DNA from: a bacterium
Lineage (GTDB): Bacteria > UBA8248
Reading direction: 5' to 3'
DNA length: 64,000 nt
NCBI GenBank assembly: GCA_965213625.1
Contig: CBDBZU010000004.1
Coordinates: 1,344,001 to 1,408,000, forward strand
Under the pieces are notes generated by a model that was given only the letters and a program-made list of their open reading frames with translations, was not told where the DNA came from and made no database searches. Shown here piece by piece: positions 27,615-37,621 of the stretch; the first letter of the stretch is position 1; each line of letters opens with the position of its first letter. A program made the translations under genes and the position numbers.

Positions 27615-28373
27615 TCAATCCGCCTTTCCGAGATAGATTTCCTGCACCTTGGGGTCGTTGCGGATGTCGTCACTCGGCCCCTCGGCGAGAACCTCGCCGT
27701 AGTGCAGAACGCTGATGTGGGAGACGACCCCGAAAATGACGTCCAGATCGTGCTCGATGATGAGAATGGCGATCTCGGGGTCGAGCGATTTCAGGAAATT
27801 GGCCATCTCGTGGGATTCTCCCGTGGCCAGGCCGGCGGAAGGTTCGTCGAGAAGCAAAACCTTGGGTTCACTTGCCAGGGCGAGGACGATTTCGAGCTGG
27901 CGCTGCTCCCCATGGGAGAGGTTGCGGACCTCCTGATCCCTCAAATGCCAGAAGTTCACGTCACTCAGAAGCTTTTCGGCTTTTTCGTACACGTCCTTGT
28001 ACTTGAAAAGCGGTTTCAGCATCATCATTTTCATCTTCCGCAAGCCCTGCACGGCGAGCAGAACGTTCTCGAGCACGGTGAGCTTGGGGAAAAGGCTGGT
28101 GATCTGGAAGGTGCGCGCCATGCCTAAGGCCACGCGTTTGTGGGTGGGCCACCCCGAGACATCCTGGCCGAAAAGACGGATGCGGCCCGAGGTAAGCGGG
28201 AGAACGCCCGTTATCAGATGAAACAGCGTGGTCTTCCCCGCTCCGTTCGGCCCCAGGATTCCCCGCCGTTCTCCGAGGTTCAGGCGTAGATTTACGTCCT
28301 CGACGGCGTGAAGGCCGCCGAAATGTTTCGTTACGCCATCCAGTTCCAGCCCTGGTTGCTGCTCGTTCGCCAA
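27615..28373 (-). CDS. livG: Branched-chain amino acid-type ABC transporter ATP-binding subunit
   Basis: GPNGAGKTT, RTFQI, LSHGEQR, LLDEP, EHD, VQEIYLG. Confidence 0.85.
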   Translation of the reverse strand: MANEQQPGLELDGVTKHFGGLHAVEDVNLRLNLGERRGILGPNGAGKTTLFHLITGVLPLTSGRIRLFGQDVSGWPTHKRVALGMARTFQITSLFPKLTVLENVLLAVQGLRKMKMMMLKPLFKYKDVYEKAEKLLSDVNFWHLRDQEVRNLSHGEQRQLEIVLALASEPKVLLLDEPSAGLATGESHEMANFLKSLDPEIAILIIEHDLDVIFGVVSHISVLHYGEVLAEGPSDDIRNDPKVQEIYLGKAD

Positions 28374-28410
28374 ACCTGATAACTCCTACGGAAAGTCCAC
28401 CGGCGCGAAT

Positions 28411-28442
28411 CCGCCGCCCGGGCCGTGAAACCCGGACGGCGG
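28411..28442 (-). terminator. GC-rich stem-loop after the substrate-binding protein gene (stabiliser or attenuator)
   Basis: CCGCCGCCCGGG-N8-CCCGGACGGCGG imperfect hairpin with no U-tract. Confidence 0.35.
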
Positions 28443-28454
28443 GAACATGCGCCC

Positions 28455-29708
28455 TTACTTACAATGTTTGCACGGCGGGAACTTCTTGCTGTACACGGGG
28501 TCTTTCAGGAATTCCTTATCCGTCCACTTCCAGAACTGCCCCACGGCCGGGTAGGTCTTTATCACCATGTTCCACAGCGAGTTCGGCTTCACGCCCAGAC
28601 CCATGCGGTCGCCCTTCACGCGAGACACCTTGCGGATGTAGCTGTTCTGCACCGGGTTTCCGTATGCATCCAGATACACCGGCCCTCTGATGGCGTTGAT
28701 GCGAATGGTCTTGAACGCCTTCAGGAACGCATCGGTGTTCTCCGGCTTGTAGCCGATTTTCTTGAGAGTCAGGTCTATCCACTGGCCCGTGGTGTAGCAG
28801 GTCTCCGAGTAGTAGGAGGCCATCTTCCCGTAGCGCTGCTGATATTCCTTGACGAACGCCTTGTTCTTGTCCGTCGTGAGGGCGGCGCTGTACTGCGCGG
28901 CCGTCACGTAGCCGAGCGCCTCGTCGCCCATGCTGGGCAGGATGAACTCATCCGCGCTCGTCACACCGCCGAGCATGGGCATCTTGAATCCTGCTGCCCG
29001 GAACTGTTTCGGGAAGGCCAGGGACATGGGGCCGACCATCAGCGTAAAGATGGCGTCGGCGTCCTTGGGGATTTGCGGCAGGTAGGGGCCGAAGTCCTTC
29101 GTGCCGAGTTTCGCCCATATCTTCTTGACGACCTTGCCGCCGCGCGCCTCGAAGGCCTTCTGGAAGCCGCCCACGGTCTCGTAGCCGAACGCGTAGTCCG
29201 CGCCGATGGTGACCACGTTGCGGTAGCCCTGGTCGTATGCCCACTCTCCGAGCGGATGGCTGTTCTGGCTGCTCGTGAACCCGCTGCGCAGGAAGTGCTT
29301 GAAGAGCTTGCGCTGGGTGAGGTCGTCCGCCGCAGGCACGGGCGAGATATAGGGCACCTTGAAGCGGTCGCCCACCGGAGCGAGCGCGTATCCGGTGCTT
29401 GCGAGCAGGCCGCCGATGAACATGTGCACCTTGTCGCGCTTGATGAGTTTGAGCGCCTTGCGCACGTTCACGGCCGGTTTGCCGGTGGAGTCCTCGAGGA
29501 TGAACTTGACGTCCAGGGGACCCATCTTGTTCTTCGTGTGCGCCATGTACATCTTGAAGCCGTTGCTCATGTCCTTGCCGATCTGGGCGAAGATGCCCGT
29601 CATCGGCGCGATGAACCCGATGCGCACCTCGGCCGCCTGGGCGCTGCCGAAGCTGGCGGAGAAGGTGAGGCCGAGCACTGCGATAATGGTGATAAATTTC
29701 CGTTTCAT
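28455..29708 (-). CDS. ABC substrate-binding protein (LivJ/K-like, Peripla_BP_6)
   Basis: Signal peptide MKRKFITIIAVLG after GGAGG RBS; RIGFIAPMTG, DYAFGYE; start re-called to 29708. Confidence 0.85.
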   Translation of the reverse strand: MKRKFITIIAVLGLTFSASFGSAQAAEVRIGFIAPMTGIFAQIGKDMSNGFKMYMAHTKNKMGPLDVKFILEDSTGKPAVNVRKALKLIKRDKVHMFIGGLLASTGYALAPVGDRFKVPYISPVPAADDLTQRKLFKHFLRSGFTSSQNSHPLGEWAYDQGYRNVVTIGADYAFGYETVGGFQKAFEARGGKVVKKIWAKLGTKDFGPYLPQIPKDADAIFTLMVGPMSLAFPKQFRAAGFKMPMLGGVTSADEFILPSMGDEALGYVTAAQYSAALTTDKNKAFVKEYQQRYGKMASYYSETCYTTGQWIDLTLKKIGYKPENTDAFLKAFKTIRINAIRGPVYLDAYGNPVQNSYIRKVSRVKGDRMGLGVKPNSLWNMVIKTYPAVGQFWKWTDKEFLKDPVYSKKFPPCKHCK

Positions 29709-29761
29709 CTGTTTTCCTCCCTCATTTCGTCTCAACGAAGAGACGCGGTGCCGCGCCGTCC

Positions 29762-30787
29762 TCAACCCTCCGGGGTTTCCGACGGGGCGGCGGGTTTGCG
29801 GAACTTGCTGAACAATCCGAGTATTCCCTCGACGCCGTAGAGGCGCCCCAACATGATGGTGATAATGTAGATGGCGCCCAGAATCAGCGGCCAGCGCTCC
29901 ACGTAGATGCTGATGAACTGCTGCAGAGAGCGGATGATGGCCGAGCCGATTACCGGGCCGATCAGCGTGGCGGGTCCGCCCAGCGCCACCATGAAGAGCG
30001 CCTCGGCCGAGGTGATGAGTTCGATGTCCGGCGGACTCACGAAGAGGTTGAACAGCGTCCACATCACGCCCGCCACGCCGCTGAATACGCCCGCGATGAT
30101 GAACGCGAGATATTTGTGGAGCCAGATGTTGTAGCCGAGCATTTGCATGCGCTCCTCGCGCTCCCTGATGCCGACCAGCGTTTTTCCAAAAGGGCTTCTC
30201 ACGAACAGGTACATCAGACCCAGGCAGATGAGGAACACGGTGAGCGTGAAGTAGAAGAACGGCATTTCCGATTCCAACGATATGCCGAACAAAGAAGGTC
30301 TTCCCAGCACGTTGATGCCGTTGTCTCCCTCCGTCACGGCGCTCCAGCGGTACGCTAGGCCCCAAACGACCATGGCGAGGGAGAGGGTGATCATCAAAAA
30401 ATACACGCCCACCGCGCGTATTGCCAGAAAACCGAAGAACGCGGCGAAGGCCAGGGCCACGATCAGTGCGAAGATGAAGATATAGAAAAGGCCCAGTCCC
30501 AGCGAGTCCGCCCACTGGAAGGCGGCGAAGGTCCACGTCCAGTCTTCTTTCGTCATGATGATGGCCGTGGTGTAGGAGGCGACGCCGAAATAGGCGGCGT
30601 GTCCCAGAGAGGCCAGTCCGGTGAATCCCAGCAGGAGGTCCAGGCTCATGGCCAAGATGCCGAACACGAGGATCTCCGTCACCAGACTCTGCATGAAGAG
30701 ATCGAGAAACGGCGTTATGACTCCGAGAGCGACGAAGACGCCCAGCACGATGAGCACTCTTCTTTTTTCCGCCAGGTTCTCCAGCAA
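29762..30787 (-). CDS. livM: Branched-chain amino acid-type ABC permease
   Basis: SLGHAAYFG, GVYFLMITL, SPFGKTLVGIRE, GPVIG. Confidence 0.85.
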   Translation of the reverse strand: MLENLAEKRRVLIVLGVFVALGVITPFLDLFMQSLVTEILVFGILAMSLDLLLGFTGLASLGHAAYFGVASYTTAIIMTKEDWTWTFAAFQWADSLGLGLFYIFIFALIVALAFAAFFGFLAIRAVGVYFLMITLSLAMVVWGLAYRWSAVTEGDNGINVLGRPSLFGISLESEMPFFYFTLTVFLICLGLMYLFVRSPFGKTLVGIREREERMQMLGYNIWLHKYLAFIIAGVFSGVAGVMWTLFNLFVSPPDIELITSAEALFMVALGGPATLIGPVIGSAIIRSLQQFISIYVERWPLILGAIYIITIMLGRLYGVEGILGLFSKFRKPAAPSETPEG

Positions 30788-30790
30788 GTC

Positions 30791-31888
30791 TTAACCCTTT
30801 CCGAACAGGCCGGTCGGCTTGATCGCCAGAATGATGGCCATGGGCGCGAAGAGCGCGAAATAGGAGAGTTCGGGAAACAGAGCGGTCCCGAAGTTCTCGA
30901 TGAAACCGACTACGATGCTGCCGAGGACGGCGCCGCCCAGGCTGCCGAGTCCCCCGATGATCACCACGGCGAACGCGTAGGGGAGTATCTCGAAGTCGAG
31001 CCCCGGGTAGACGCCGAAGAACGCGCCGCCCACCACGCCACCCGTGGCGGCGAGCAGCGCCCCGATGGCGAATATTGACATTTGCACGACGTTTGTGTTG
31101 ATGCCGATGCCGCGCGCCATCTCGGGGTCGTCCACCGCCGCGCGCATGATGGCGCCGAGACGGGTGCGTTCTATCCCGAGGAACAGGGCCGCGGCCACCA
31201 CGACGGCGATGACGATCATGAAGCCGCGGTACTGGGGCAGCGAGAGGCCCCCGACAACGGCGCTGAAGTTGAGCGGCCAGGGTTGTTTGAGCATGAAGTT
31301 GTCACCGCCCCAGGTGTAGAGCGAGCCGTCTTGCAAGATGAATGCGAAGCCGATGGTCACCAGCACTTGCGCGAGCGTGTCCTGTCCGAGAAGGCGCAGG
31401 AAGAATCGCTCGATGAACATTCCGCACAGCGCCGCAATGGCGATGGCGACGACGATGGCGGCCATCATGCCCGGGAAATTTATCCTGTCGACCGGTTTGA
31501 CGGGCACGTGCGGGAAGAAGAGCTCAAAGAATCTGAAGCCCCATATCAGGCTGCACAAGGCTTCCATTACGATGTATGCGAGGAGTAGCGCAAGTGCTGC
31601 GTGTTTGGGAGCGATGTATAGCGTGAGTCCCCGCCATGCGAAATAGAGTAGAGCCCACGAAGCGAGTTGGATGATACGAGGCATCAGGCTCAGAGAGCCG
31701 AAAATGATATTGTAGAATTCCAGAGCGAGGTAACCGGCGAAGAGGAAAAAAGCGGCGTGCGCAAGATTCACGATGCGCATCACGCCGAATATGAGCGAGA
31801 GTCCGCTCGCCAGTAGGAACAAAATTGCGGCGTATGAGAGCGAATTATAGCTTAGAACGAGAATGTTCGCGAAGCTGAGGGTGGTCAT
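30791..31888 (-). CDS. livH: Branched-chain amino acid-type ABC permease, with hydrophobic insertion
   Basis: ASGLSLIFGVMRIVNLAH, GGLGSLGGA, KPTGLFG. Confidence 0.85.
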   Translation of the reverse strand: MTTLSFANILVLSYNSLSYAAILFLLASGLSLIFGVMRIVNLAHAAFFLFAGYLALEFYNIIFGSLSLMPRIIQLASWALLYFAWRGLTLYIAPKHAALALLLAYIVMEALCSLIWGFRFFELFFPHVPVKPVDRINFPGMMAAIVVAIAIAALCGMFIERFFLRLLGQDTLAQVLVTIGFAFILQDGSLYTWGGDNFMLKQPWPLNFSAVVGGLSLPQYRGFMIVIAVVVAAALFLGIERTRLGAIMRAAVDDPEMARGIGINTNVVQMSIFAIGALLAATGGVVGGAFFGVYPGLDFEILPYAFAVVIIGGLGSLGGAVLGSIVVGFIENFGTALFPELSYFALFAPMAIILAIKPTGLFGKG

Positions 31889-32192
31889 TCAGGTCTCGCT
31901 TTTATCCGCTGACGGCGCACCTTAAAAGCAAATCTCCCACTGCGCGTTACCGGGTCTTCAAGCCGCACAGAAACCCGGATGATATATGATCCTGAGGCTT
32001 TCATTATGTTCACGATTCCCGGTGTGGGTCAAGTTGACGTGAAACGGAGTTTTTCCTGTTTCCGCCTTTTTCGCTGGCGAAAATCCACGCGGAAAGATAG
32101 AGTTCGCAGTGTCAAGCTTTTCCATTATTACGACTGTGGGCGATGCGCGTTTCGTATCTGTTAGGGTGATGTTTCATTCCGGTTAAATTGTC

Positions 32193-33446
32193 ATGAGCGC
32201 TGAGATGACGGACGAAAGAATTTTTAGGAACGCCAGGATCGGCTCAGGCGGCCCGTTCGTGGACTTGCGCGTCGCCGGGGGCCGGTTTTCGAGTATATCG
32301 TCGGGGCTTAAGAACGAGGCAGGGTGTGAGGAGATCGACTTGGGCGCCCGCGTCGTGCTGCCCGCGTTCGTGGAGAGCCACATTCATCTGGATAAGGCGT
32401 TTCTGGAAGAGCGTGAGCCCAATCTTTCCGGTACGCTCGAGGACGCCATATCCATCACGTTCGCCCTCAAGAAAAGCGTCACGGAACAAGACATCATGGA
32501 GCGCGCCGAGCGTGCGCTGCGCATGTGCATCCGGAATGGCGCCACCTGGTTTCGCGCGCAGGTGGAGGTCGACCCCATCGTCGGTCTCAAGGGAGTGGAA
32601 GTCGCCCTCGCGCTCAAGGAGAAATACGCAGGCCTTGCGGATTTTCAACTCGTCATTTTTCCGCAGGAAGGCATCGAGCAGCAGCCGGGCACGGAGGATT
32701 TGATGCGCGAGGCCATGCGGATGGGCGGGGACCTCATTGGCGGAATTCCGTATAACGACCTGGATCCAGAGCGGCACCTGGATATCGTCTTCGCAATGGC
32801 CGAGGCGTTCGGCTGCGGACTGGATTTTCATCTCGATTTCGCGGACGACCCCCGGGTGAGGAAAGTCGAATCCGTGGCCGCCCGCACGATGGCCGCAGGC
32901 TTGCAGGGCAGGGTGGCCGTCGGTCATCTCACCTCCCTGGGCGCGATGTCGCCGGATGAGGCCGCGACGGTCATCGAGAAGATTCTCGAGGCGGATATCT
33001 CCGTCCTGCCCCTGCCGGCGACGGATTTGTTCCTGGGCGGCAGGGGGGAGGCGCCGCCTCGCTTTAGAAGCCTGGCGCCCGTGAAGGACCTGCTGAGCGC
33101 AGGCGTCAACGTGGCCGTTTCATCGAACAACATCCGCAACGCCTTTACGCCCTCTGGGCGCGGCGATTTGCTGGAAATCGGTCTTCTCCTCGCCCACACG
33201 CTCCACATGAGCGGCGCATCGGACAGAGGTCTGGTGCCTAAGCTTTTCACGACGAACGCTGCCAGGGCCTTGGGGGTGGAGGAGGGCTACGGCTTGCGGC
33301 AAGGCTGCGCGGCCGATTTCGTGGTTCTTGATTCGGTGAATTACGACGACATTCTCATCGATCAGCCCGAGAAGCGATTCGTGGTGAAGGGCGGGCGAAT
33401 TATCGTGGAGAACATTACGCAAACGACCTGGCGGGAGATGGAATAG
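32193..33446 (+). CDS. Cytosine deaminase/AtzC-like metal-dependent amidohydrolase
   Basis: ESHIHLDKA, FPQEG, DFHLD, VGHLTSL, GCAADFVVLD. Confidence 0.85.
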   Translation: MSAEMTDERIFRNARIGSGGPFVDLRVAGGRFSSISSGLKNEAGCEEIDLGARVVLPAFVESHIHLDKAFLEEREPNLSGTLEDAISITFALKKSVTEQDIMERAERALRMCIRNGATWFRAQVEVDPIVGLKGVEVALALKEKYAGLADFQLVIFPQEGIEQQPGTEDLMREAMRMGGDLIGGIPYNDLDPERHLDIVFAMAEAFGCGLDFHLDFADDPRVRKVESVAARTMAAGLQGRVAVGHLTSLGAMSPDEAATVIEKILEADISVLPLPATDLFLGGRGEAPPRFRSLAPVKDLLSAGVNVAVSSNNIRNAFTPSGRGDLLEIGLLLAHTLHMSGASDRGLVPKLFTTNAARALGVEEGYGLRQGCAADFVVLDSVNYDDILIDQPEKRFVVKGGRIIVENITQTTWREME

Positions 33447-34697
33447 ATGGGTGTGATCACGGACGCGAATGCAGAGGCGCTCACCCGCATCACCGAAGCG
33501 GAACCCGTCCTGGTGGACGTGCGCCCGGCGGGCGAGGTGATACCGGGTCTGGAAGATGGCGTTCTTCTCCATGCCGGTCCCCCGATCGAGTGGGAGCGGA
33601 TGTGCGGTCCCCTGCGCGGAGCGATAGCCGGAGCAGCCGTCCTGGAAGGCTGGGCGGAAGATTTGGCCTCGGGCGAGGCGCTTGCCGCCTCGGGCGAGGT
33701 CGCCTTCCATCCGAATCATCATTTCGACGCCGTCGGTCCCATGACGGGTATCACCACGCGCTCGATGCCGGTGATGGTCGTGGAGAACAATAAATTCGGA
33801 AACCGCGCCTATTGCACCCTGAACGAGGGTCTGGGAAAGGTGATGCGCTTCGGCGGAAACGACGAGGAGGTGCTGAACCGGCTTCGTTGGCTTGCGGAGC
33901 GTCTCGCGCCCGCGCTCTCGGACGCCCTGCAGGCCACGGGAGGGTTGCCGCTCAAGAGCATCATCGCGCGGGGACTTTCGATGGGGGATGAGATGCACCA
34001 GCGCAACGTGGCCTGTACGAGCCTCTTCATGCGAGAGGCGGCGCCTGCGCTGGCGCGTGTGGTGAGGGAAAGCAAGGCGCTGGAGGAGGCTTTGTCCTTC
34101 ATTGGTGGAAATGATCAGTTCTTCCTGAACATCGTGATGGCTACCGGGAAGGCGGTGATGGACCCGGTGCGCGGTATCGAGGCGTCGAGCATCGTCACGG
34201 CGATGTGCCGCAACGGAACGGATTTCGGCATCCGGGTGAGCGCGACGGGGGATGAGTGGTTCACCGCGCCGGTGGAAATGCCCGAGGGGCTGTATTTCCC
34301 GGGCTTCGGTGAGGAAGACGCCAACCCGGACATGGGCGATTCCACGATCATCGAGACGATGGGGCTGGGGGGATTCGCCATGGCGGCGGCGCCGGCCGTC
34401 GTCGGGTTCGTGGGGGCGGGGAGCGCTGCGGATGCGCTGAATTATTCACGCGCCATGTACGAGATCACCCAGGGCCGAAACCCCGAGTGGACGATTCCCG
34501 CACTCGATTTTCAGGGGGTTCCTACAGGGATAGACATCACCAAGGTGGTGAAACTCGGCGTTACGCCCGTCATCAACACAGGAATCGCCCACAAGGAACC
34601 GGGTGTCGGCCAGGTGGGCGCGGGCGTGGTGCGCGCGCCGCTCGCCTGTTTCGAACAGGCGCTCGAAGCCTATGGCGAGAAGATGGGTGTGGCCTGA
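33447..34697 (+). CDS. DUF1116 (YlbE/YahG, AllG-like) protein
   Basis: LLHAGPP, LNEGLGKVMRFG, MGDEMHQRN, RNGTDFGI, DMGDSTI, INTGIAHK. Confidence 0.85.
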   Translation: MGVITDANAEALTRITEAEPVLVDVRPAGEVIPGLEDGVLLHAGPPIEWERMCGPLRGAIAGAAVLEGWAEDLASGEALAASGEVAFHPNHHFDAVGPMTGITTRSMPVMVVENNKFGNRAYCTLNEGLGKVMRFGGNDEEVLNRLRWLAERLAPALSDALQATGGLPLKSIIARGLSMGDEMHQRNVACTSLFMREAAPALARVVRESKALEEALSFIGGNDQFFLNIVMATGKAVMDPVRGIEASSIVTAMCRNGTDFGIRVSATGDEWFTAPVEMPEGLYFPGFGEEDANPDMGDSTIIETMGLGGFAMAAAPAVVGFVGAGSAADALNYSRAMYEITQGRNPEWTIPALDFQGVPTGIDITKVVKLGVTPVINTGIAHKEPGVGQVGAGVVRAPLACFEQALEAYGEKMGVA

Positions 34698-34703
34698 ACC
34701 CGT

Positions 34704-36377
34704 TTAGTTCTCCAGGCGCTCGTATTCGATATGGGCGTCGATCAGATACGGCTTGCCGCTCGCCAGTCCTTTTTCCATGGCCTCTTTGAGTTCCGCCGGC
34801 GTTTTCGCCCGTGTGGCGTACACGCCCATGGATTGCGCCATCTGGATGAAGTCGAGTTCGGGCTCCTTGAAATCCATGGCGACGAATTGCCGGTGCTCCT
34901 GCGTTTTGCCGTCGAGCCGCAAGACTCTCTCTTTTAGAATCCGGTAGCTCTTGTTGTTGAGAATCACGAACACGGCGTCCAGGTCGTATTTCGCGGCGCT
35001 CCAGAGCGCCTGGATGGCGTACATGGCGGAACCGTCGCCGGAGAGGCAGACCACGGGCGTATCGGGCAGGGCTTTTTTCACTCCCAGCGCGCTGGGCAGG
35101 CCCAGGCCGATGCCGCCTCCCTTCATGCCGAAAAGTGAATCTATCTTCCCCGCTATCGCGCTTTTTAATCCGCCCCCGTGCCCCATGGTGAGGGATTCAT
35201 CCACCAGCGCCGTTCCTTGAGGGATAGCCTCACCGAATGCGGCCTGGAAGGTCTCTTTCGTCAAAAGGCCGCCATCCTCACCTGCTTTTGGGGCGATCTC
35301 TTTTCTCGATGCCGCCAGTTCCTTTTCGATCCACACACGGCGCTCCGCGGCGCTTTGAAGGCCAGGTTCTCCCATTTTCTTCTCCACCGCCTCTGTGAGT
35401 TCGACGAGCGTGGTCTTGGGGTCTCCCAGCATGGCGACGTCGACGGGGAAGTTCTTGCCGATCTCCCAGGGGTCCAGGTCCAGATGAATGATTCGCGCGC
35501 TGCGCGGGGCCAGCGGACCTTCCGGCGGGAAGGAGAAGGTGTAGGTTTCCGTGCCGATGAAGAACACGACGTCAGCGTCCTCTATCTGGTCCAGCAGAGG
35601 CTCGATGGTGTTCAGTAGTTCTCCCGCATAGAGAGGATGAGTTAGGGAGACCGAGAGGGAATTTGGGCGGTTGTCGGAAAACACCTTCGCCCCGATGCGC
35701 TCCGCCAGCCGGGCGACTTCGTTCACCGCGCCCGAGCGGGTGACGCGCGAACCGGTGACGATGTAGGGGTTCTCGGCTTGGGCGAGCGTCTGCGCCGCGC
35801 GTTCGATGGATTCCGCAGGCGCGGGAAACGCGCTCGAAAGCCGCGTGGGGCGACCCGTGAGGCCTCCCGTCTCGGCGAGCATGACGTCGCCGGGCAGTGA
35901 CAGGAAGACCGGACCCGTGGGCGGCGTGAGCGCGTATTTTATCGCCCGTCGGACGCTTTGCTCCAGATCCTCCACCCGACGCACCTCGTAGGACCATTTC
36001 GTGAGCGGCTCCGCCATGCGCGGCAGATCGTCCCAGAGCACGGGTTCCGAGAGTTGGCCGCGCTGGCCCTGGTTACCTGCCGTGACGATCAAGGGGGTGC
36101 CGGCACGTTTGATGTTGTAGAGCATACCCATGGCGTTGCCGAGACCCGGAGCGACGTGGAGGTTCACCACGCCCACACCGCCTGTGGCGTAGGCGTAGCC
36201 CTCGGCCGCGCCGATGGTGACGGATTCCTGAAGGCAGAGGATGTAATCGAGCCTGCTCTCGTTCACCAGCGCGTCCATGAGAGGCAGTTCGGTGGTCCCC
36301 GGGTTGCCGAACATGCAATAGACACCCTCGTCGATGAGTGTTTCCAGGAACAGATCCGAGCCGTTTCCGCTATTCAT
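34704..36377 (-). CDS. ThDP-dependent decarboxylase, benzoylformate decarboxylase-like
   Basis: FGNPGTTELP, NLHVAPGLGNA, ThDP motif GDGSAMY...NN. Confidence 0.85.
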   Translation of the reverse strand: MNSGNGSDLFLETLIDEGVYCMFGNPGTTELPLMDALVNESRLDYILCLQESVTIGAAEGYAYATGGVGVVNLHVAPGLGNAMGMLYNIKRAGTPLIVTAGNQGQRGQLSEPVLWDDLPRMAEPLTKWSYEVRRVEDLEQSVRRAIKYALTPPTGPVFLSLPGDVMLAETGGLTGRPTRLSSAFPAPAESIERAAQTLAQAENPYIVTGSRVTRSGAVNEVARLAERIGAKVFSDNRPNSLSVSLTHPLYAGELLNTIEPLLDQIEDADVVFFIGTETYTFSFPPEGPLAPRSARIIHLDLDPWEIGKNFPVDVAMLGDPKTTLVELTEAVEKKMGEPGLQSAAERRVWIEKELAASRKEIAPKAGEDGGLLTKETFQAAFGEAIPQGTALVDESLTMGHGGGLKSAIAGKIDSLFGMKGGGIGLGLPSALGVKKALPDTPVVCLSGDGSAMYAIQALWSAAKYDLDAVFVILNNKSYRILKERVLRLDGKTQEHRQFVAMDFKEPELDFIQMAQSMGVYATRAKTPAELKEAMEKGLASGKPYLIDAHIEYERLEN

Positions 36378-36407
36378 GCGCTTTCCCTCATGAGAATTTT
36401 TTTGGAC

Positions 36408-37583
36408 TTAGAAGATGGATGCCGCCTCATTTTGACTCAAAACGAAGTTCGACGCCATTTGCAGGCACTTCTCCGTGCTGGGCGGCATCACCAGCGCGGC
36501 CCTGGCGTCGCGATGAAAACGCTGGAGCGGCTTGTCGTTCAGCAGGCCGGGTCCGCCTGCGATCTTGAGCGCCTTTTCCGTCATGGAAGCCGCCGCTTCG
36601 GAAGCGGTGTATTTCGCTTCATTGATGAAAGGAATGGCCTTGGCCGCGTCCCGGGTCTCCAGCACCCAGGCGGCTTTTTGGATCATGATGAGCGCGGTTT
36701 CGTAAGCAATTTTCATCTCCCCGATCTGGCGCTGAATCGCCGGATAGCTTGCGATGGGCACGTTGTCTGGCAGGAGTTTGCGCTTGAGCGCGTAGTCCAC
36801 AACCCAGTCCAGCGCGGCAGCGCCCGCGCCCAGATAGACGGCGGAGTAGCCCAGGCCGAACCGGGGGACGAAATCGGGCTGGAGTATGCCCTCGCCCGTG
36901 CCAACGATGTTGCGCGCCGGAACCCTCACGTCCGCATAGGCGAGCGAGTGGCTGGCTGTGCCTCGCATAGCGAAGGCGTCCCAGCGGCTTGGGATGGTGA
37001 TCCCGGCGAGGTTTTTATCCAGCACCGCCCAACGCAGGCCGGCTTGGAGTTCCTCCACTCCTTCGAGCAGACACCAGAGGACATAATAATTCGCCTCACC
37101 GGCCATGGAGCAAAAATACTTCTGGCCGTTGATGACGTATTCATCCCCCTCTTTGCGGGCGCGTGTTGTTATGGTGCGGTTCCACTGGGGGCTTGAGGCC
37201 GCCTCGCCCGCGTGGCTACCGAATATGGCGCCGTTTTGGGCCGCCTCGGCGAAGCGGTGTTTTTGCTCTTCATCGGAGAGTGTGAGGAGAAAGTATAGGA
37301 TCGAGCTGTGCATGTGCAGCGTCATGGCGGTGTTCGTGCAGCCCTTGCTCAGTTCGTGAAACACCATGGCGTAGCAGACAGGGTCGCTCCAGAGCTCCCG
37401 CCCGCCGTAGGACTCGGGCAGCGTAAGGCGCGTGAATCCTTCCCGGATCAGGGCGGCGAAACTCTCGCGGGGAAAACGTTGTTCCTGATCGCATTGGTCC
37501 GCATGCGCAGCCAGTACGTTTTGGGCGAGTTCTCTGGCCTGTTCGATCAGGGTCTCGTTTTTCGGGTTTTGGCTTAGGTCCAT
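36408..37583 (-). CDS. Acyl-CoA dehydrogenase-superfamily flavoprotein
   Basis: INGQKYFCS, MRGTASH, LQRFHRDARA. Confidence 0.85.
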   Translation of the reverse strand: MDLSQNPKNETLIEQARELAQNVLAAHADQCDQEQRFPRESFAALIREGFTRLTLPESYGGRELWSDPVCYAMVFHELSKGCTNTAMTLHMHSSILYFLLTLSDEEQKHRFAEAAQNGAIFGSHAGEAASSPQWNRTITTRARKEGDEYVINGQKYFCSMAGEANYYVLWCLLEGVEELQAGLRWAVLDKNLAGITIPSRWDAFAMRGTASHSLAYADVRVPARNIVGTGEGILQPDFVPRFGLGYSAVYLGAGAAALDWVVDYALKRKLLPDNVPIASYPAIQRQIGEMKIAYETALIMIQKAAWVLETRDAAKAIPFINEAKYTASEAAASMTEKALKIAGGPGLLNDKPLQRFHRDARAALVMPPSTEKCLQMASNFVLSQNEAASIF

Positions 37584-37621
37584 GAAATCTCGTTCAAGCG
37601 TTCTAATATAATAATGATTGG

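Noticed and set aside
28425-29840. 471-aa plus-strand ORF and other long antisense ORFs (14902-16263, 35958-37196, 57021-58544)
   Set aside because: Antisense shadows of well-supported genes in GC-rich DNA, with no recognisable motifs
29709-30536. Apparent 693-aa N-terminally extended substrate-binding protein
   Set aside because: The extension overlaps livM in another frame; RBS and signal peptide place the start at 29708
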